From assembly GCF_048595345.1 (NCBI RefSeq), contig NZ_JBMDWH010000173.1:32221-96220 (forward strand): a stretch of 64,000 bases of DNA, given 5' to 3'. Numbering within the stretch: position 1 is the stretch's first letter; every line of letters begins with the position of its first letter. Below, piece after piece: positions 62,358 through 64,000 of the stretch. Made by a program: the position numbers and the translations under genes. The notes under the pieces are model-generated. The model searched no databases. It was given only the letters and a program-made list of their open reading frames with translations, and was not told the DNA's origin. This DNA is from Bosea sp. (in: a-proteobacteria) (GTDB lineage Bacteria > Pseudomonadota > Alphaproteobacteria > Rhizobiales > Beijerinckiaceae).

Positions 62358-63701
62358 ATGAAGATCGTGATGGTGGGATCAGGCTATGTCGGCTTGGTGT
62401 CCGGGGCGTGCTTTGCCGATTTCGGGCATGACGTCATCTGTGTCGACAAGCACGAGGGCAAGATCGAGGCGCTGAAGCGCGGCGAGATCCCGATCTTCGA
62501 GCCCGGCCTTGCCGATCTGGTCGCCGCCAATGCCGAAGCCGGACGGCTGTCCTTCACCACAGACCTGTCCGGCCCCGTCGGCGCGGCAGACGCGGTGTTC
62601 ATCGCGGTGGGGACGCCTTCCCGGCGCGGCGACGGCTTTGCAGACCTGTCCTATGTCTACGCGGCGTCGCGGGAAATCGCTCAGGCGCTGAAAGGCTACA
62701 CGGTCATCGTCACGAAATCGACCGTTCCGGTCGGCACCGGTGACGAGGTCGAGCGCATTATCCGGGAGTTGCGGCCGGACGCCGAATTCTCGGTGGTGTC
62801 GAACCCCGAATTCCTGCGTGAGGGCGCGGCGATCGCGGACTTCAAGCGGCCGGACCGGATCGTCATCGGTGCCGATGACGACCGCGCCACCGGCGTGATG
62901 GCGGAGGTCTACCGGCCGCTCTATCTCAACAGCGCGCCGATCCTGAACGTCAGCCGCCGCACGGCCGAACTGACCAAATATGCGGCGAACGCCTTCCTCG
63001 CGACCAAGATCACCTTCATCAACGAGATGGCCGATCTGTGTGAGCAGGTGGGCGCCAATGTTCAGGACGTCGCCCGCGGCATGGGCCTCGACAACCGCAT
63101 CGGCGGCAAGTTCCTGCATGCGGGGCCGGGCTATGGCGGCTCCTGCTTTCCCAAGGACACGCTGGCCCTGATCAAGACGGCTCAGGATTACGGCACGCCG
63201 TCGAGGATCGTCGAGGCGGTCGCTTCCGTGAACGACCAGCGCAAGCGCGCGATGGGCCGCAAGGTCGTAGCCGCCTGCGGCGGTTCCGTTCGCGGCAAGA
63301 CGATCGCGGTGCTGGGCCTCACCTTCAAGCCAGACACCGACGATATGCGCGACGCTCCCTCGCTGTCGGTGATCGCGACGCTGCTCGATGGCGGCGCCAT
63401 CATCAAGGCCTTCGACCCGGAGGGCATGGATCAGGCCAAGCCGATGCTGCCGCCGCAGGTGACCTATTGCACCAGCACCTATGACTGCCTGGAAGGCGCG
63501 GATGCCGCCGTGCTCGTCACGGAATGGAACATCTTCCGCGCACTCGACCTCGACAAGGCCAGGACCTTGATGAAGAAGCCGGTCCTCGTCGATCTGCGCA
63601 ATGTCTATCGGGCCGATCAGGTGCGGGCGAAAGGCTTCGTTTACGCCGATATCGGGCGTGGCACGGCCGCTCCCGCCGTCGCCGACAGCGACGCGGCCTG
63701 A
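62358..63701 (+). CDS. ugd: UDP-glucose 6-dehydrogenase
   Basis: MKIVMVGSGYVGLVSGACFADFGHDV, NPEFLREG and GGSCFPKD (catalytic Cys). Confidence 0.95.
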   Translation: MKIVMVGSGYVGLVSGACFADFGHDVICVDKHEGKIEALKRGEIPIFEPGLADLVAANAEAGRLSFTTDLSGPVGAADAVFIAVGTPSRRGDGFADLSYVYAASREIAQALKGYTVIVTKSTVPVGTGDEVERIIRELRPDAEFSVVSNPEFLREGAAIADFKRPDRIVIGADDDRATGVMAEVYRPLYLNSAPILNVSRRTAELTKYAANAFLATKITFINEMADLCEQVGANVQDVARGMGLDNRIGGKFLHAGPGYGGSCFPKDTLALIKTAQDYGTPSRIVEAVASVNDQRKRAMGRKVVAACGGSVRGKTIAVLGLTFKPDTDDMRDAPSLSVIATLLDGGAIIKAFDPEGMDQAKPMLPPQVTYCTSTYDCLEGADAAVLVTEWNIFRALDLDKARTLMKKPVLVDLRNVYRADQVRAKGFVYADIGRGTAAPAVADSDAA

Positions 63702-64000
63702 TCCGGGCCAGCCGGCATGGACAGCCCGCCGTCTCTCCATAGGGCTGGCGGGCGCTATCTCTGCTGATCGATGCTGGGGCCGCTGCGCGCCATCGAGCCG
63801 GCTGATCCAGGTTCGCCTGCCCGCTGCGGCGTCGGGGGTCTGCCGGAAAGTGCATACACTTTCGCAGCGGCCGGGTTCATGCCCGGCTCGGCCCGGAAAC
63901 GACTGATCGCAGGCGCGGAAGAGCCTGCGGCTCGACCATCTGCGACGAAGGAATGGGCCGGGTGCGCCCGATCGCAGACGCTCCCCCCTCCGCACTGTAG

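Overview
High-GC alphaproteobacterial chromosomal window with Caulobacter/Rhizobiales-like gene order. All family calls come from reading the ORF translations and motifs by eye, since no searches could be run. Layout: (1) 0.1-3.9 kb holds a GNAT, a Cys/His protein plus DUF305 pair, a UPF0104 membrane protein and an EamA transporter. (2) 3.9-16.3 kb is a flagellar class II/III cluster (flhA; fliF-fliG-fliH-fliN-flbD; sciP; fliK-flgD), interrupted by an MFS transporter and an odd Tat-signal Tyr/Arg/Pro-tailed protein. (3) 16.4-18.5 kb holds mnmA, a SAM methyltransferase and tRNA-Met(CAT). (4) 18.6-26.9 kb is an rpoE-chrR (sigmaE/anti-sigma) stress island. It carries DUF2177, DUF1295, DUF2147, an FAD oxidoreductase, DUF1365 and two CFA-synthase-family methyltransferases, which is a furan-fatty-acid-type gene set, and a promoter-like motif recurs three times. 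(5) 27.3-63.7 kb is a ~36 kb Wzx/Wzy-type exopolysaccharide locus. It contains pgm, manC, ugd, a priming phosphotransferase, six further glycosyltransferases, three acyl/acetyltransferases, two MOP flippases, two Wzy_C-like membrane proteins, Wza-like and Wzc/ExoP-like export proteins and a Sec-signal glycoside hydrolase. It also encodes a 1514-aa glycanase-like giant with 489-bp tandem repeats and a T1SS-type C-terminus, a LapG-like BTLCP peptidase, a PPP phosphatase and several unknown secreted or membrane proteins. No CRISPR, rRNA, transposase or integrase was seen. The most unusual items are the giant repeat glycanase, the Tat-signal Y/R/P-tail protein, a pair of conserved ~30-aa hydrophobic micro-ORFs flanking pgm, a two-Cys secreted paralogue pair bracketing the EPS locus, and a Cys-less ChrR anti-sigma domain.
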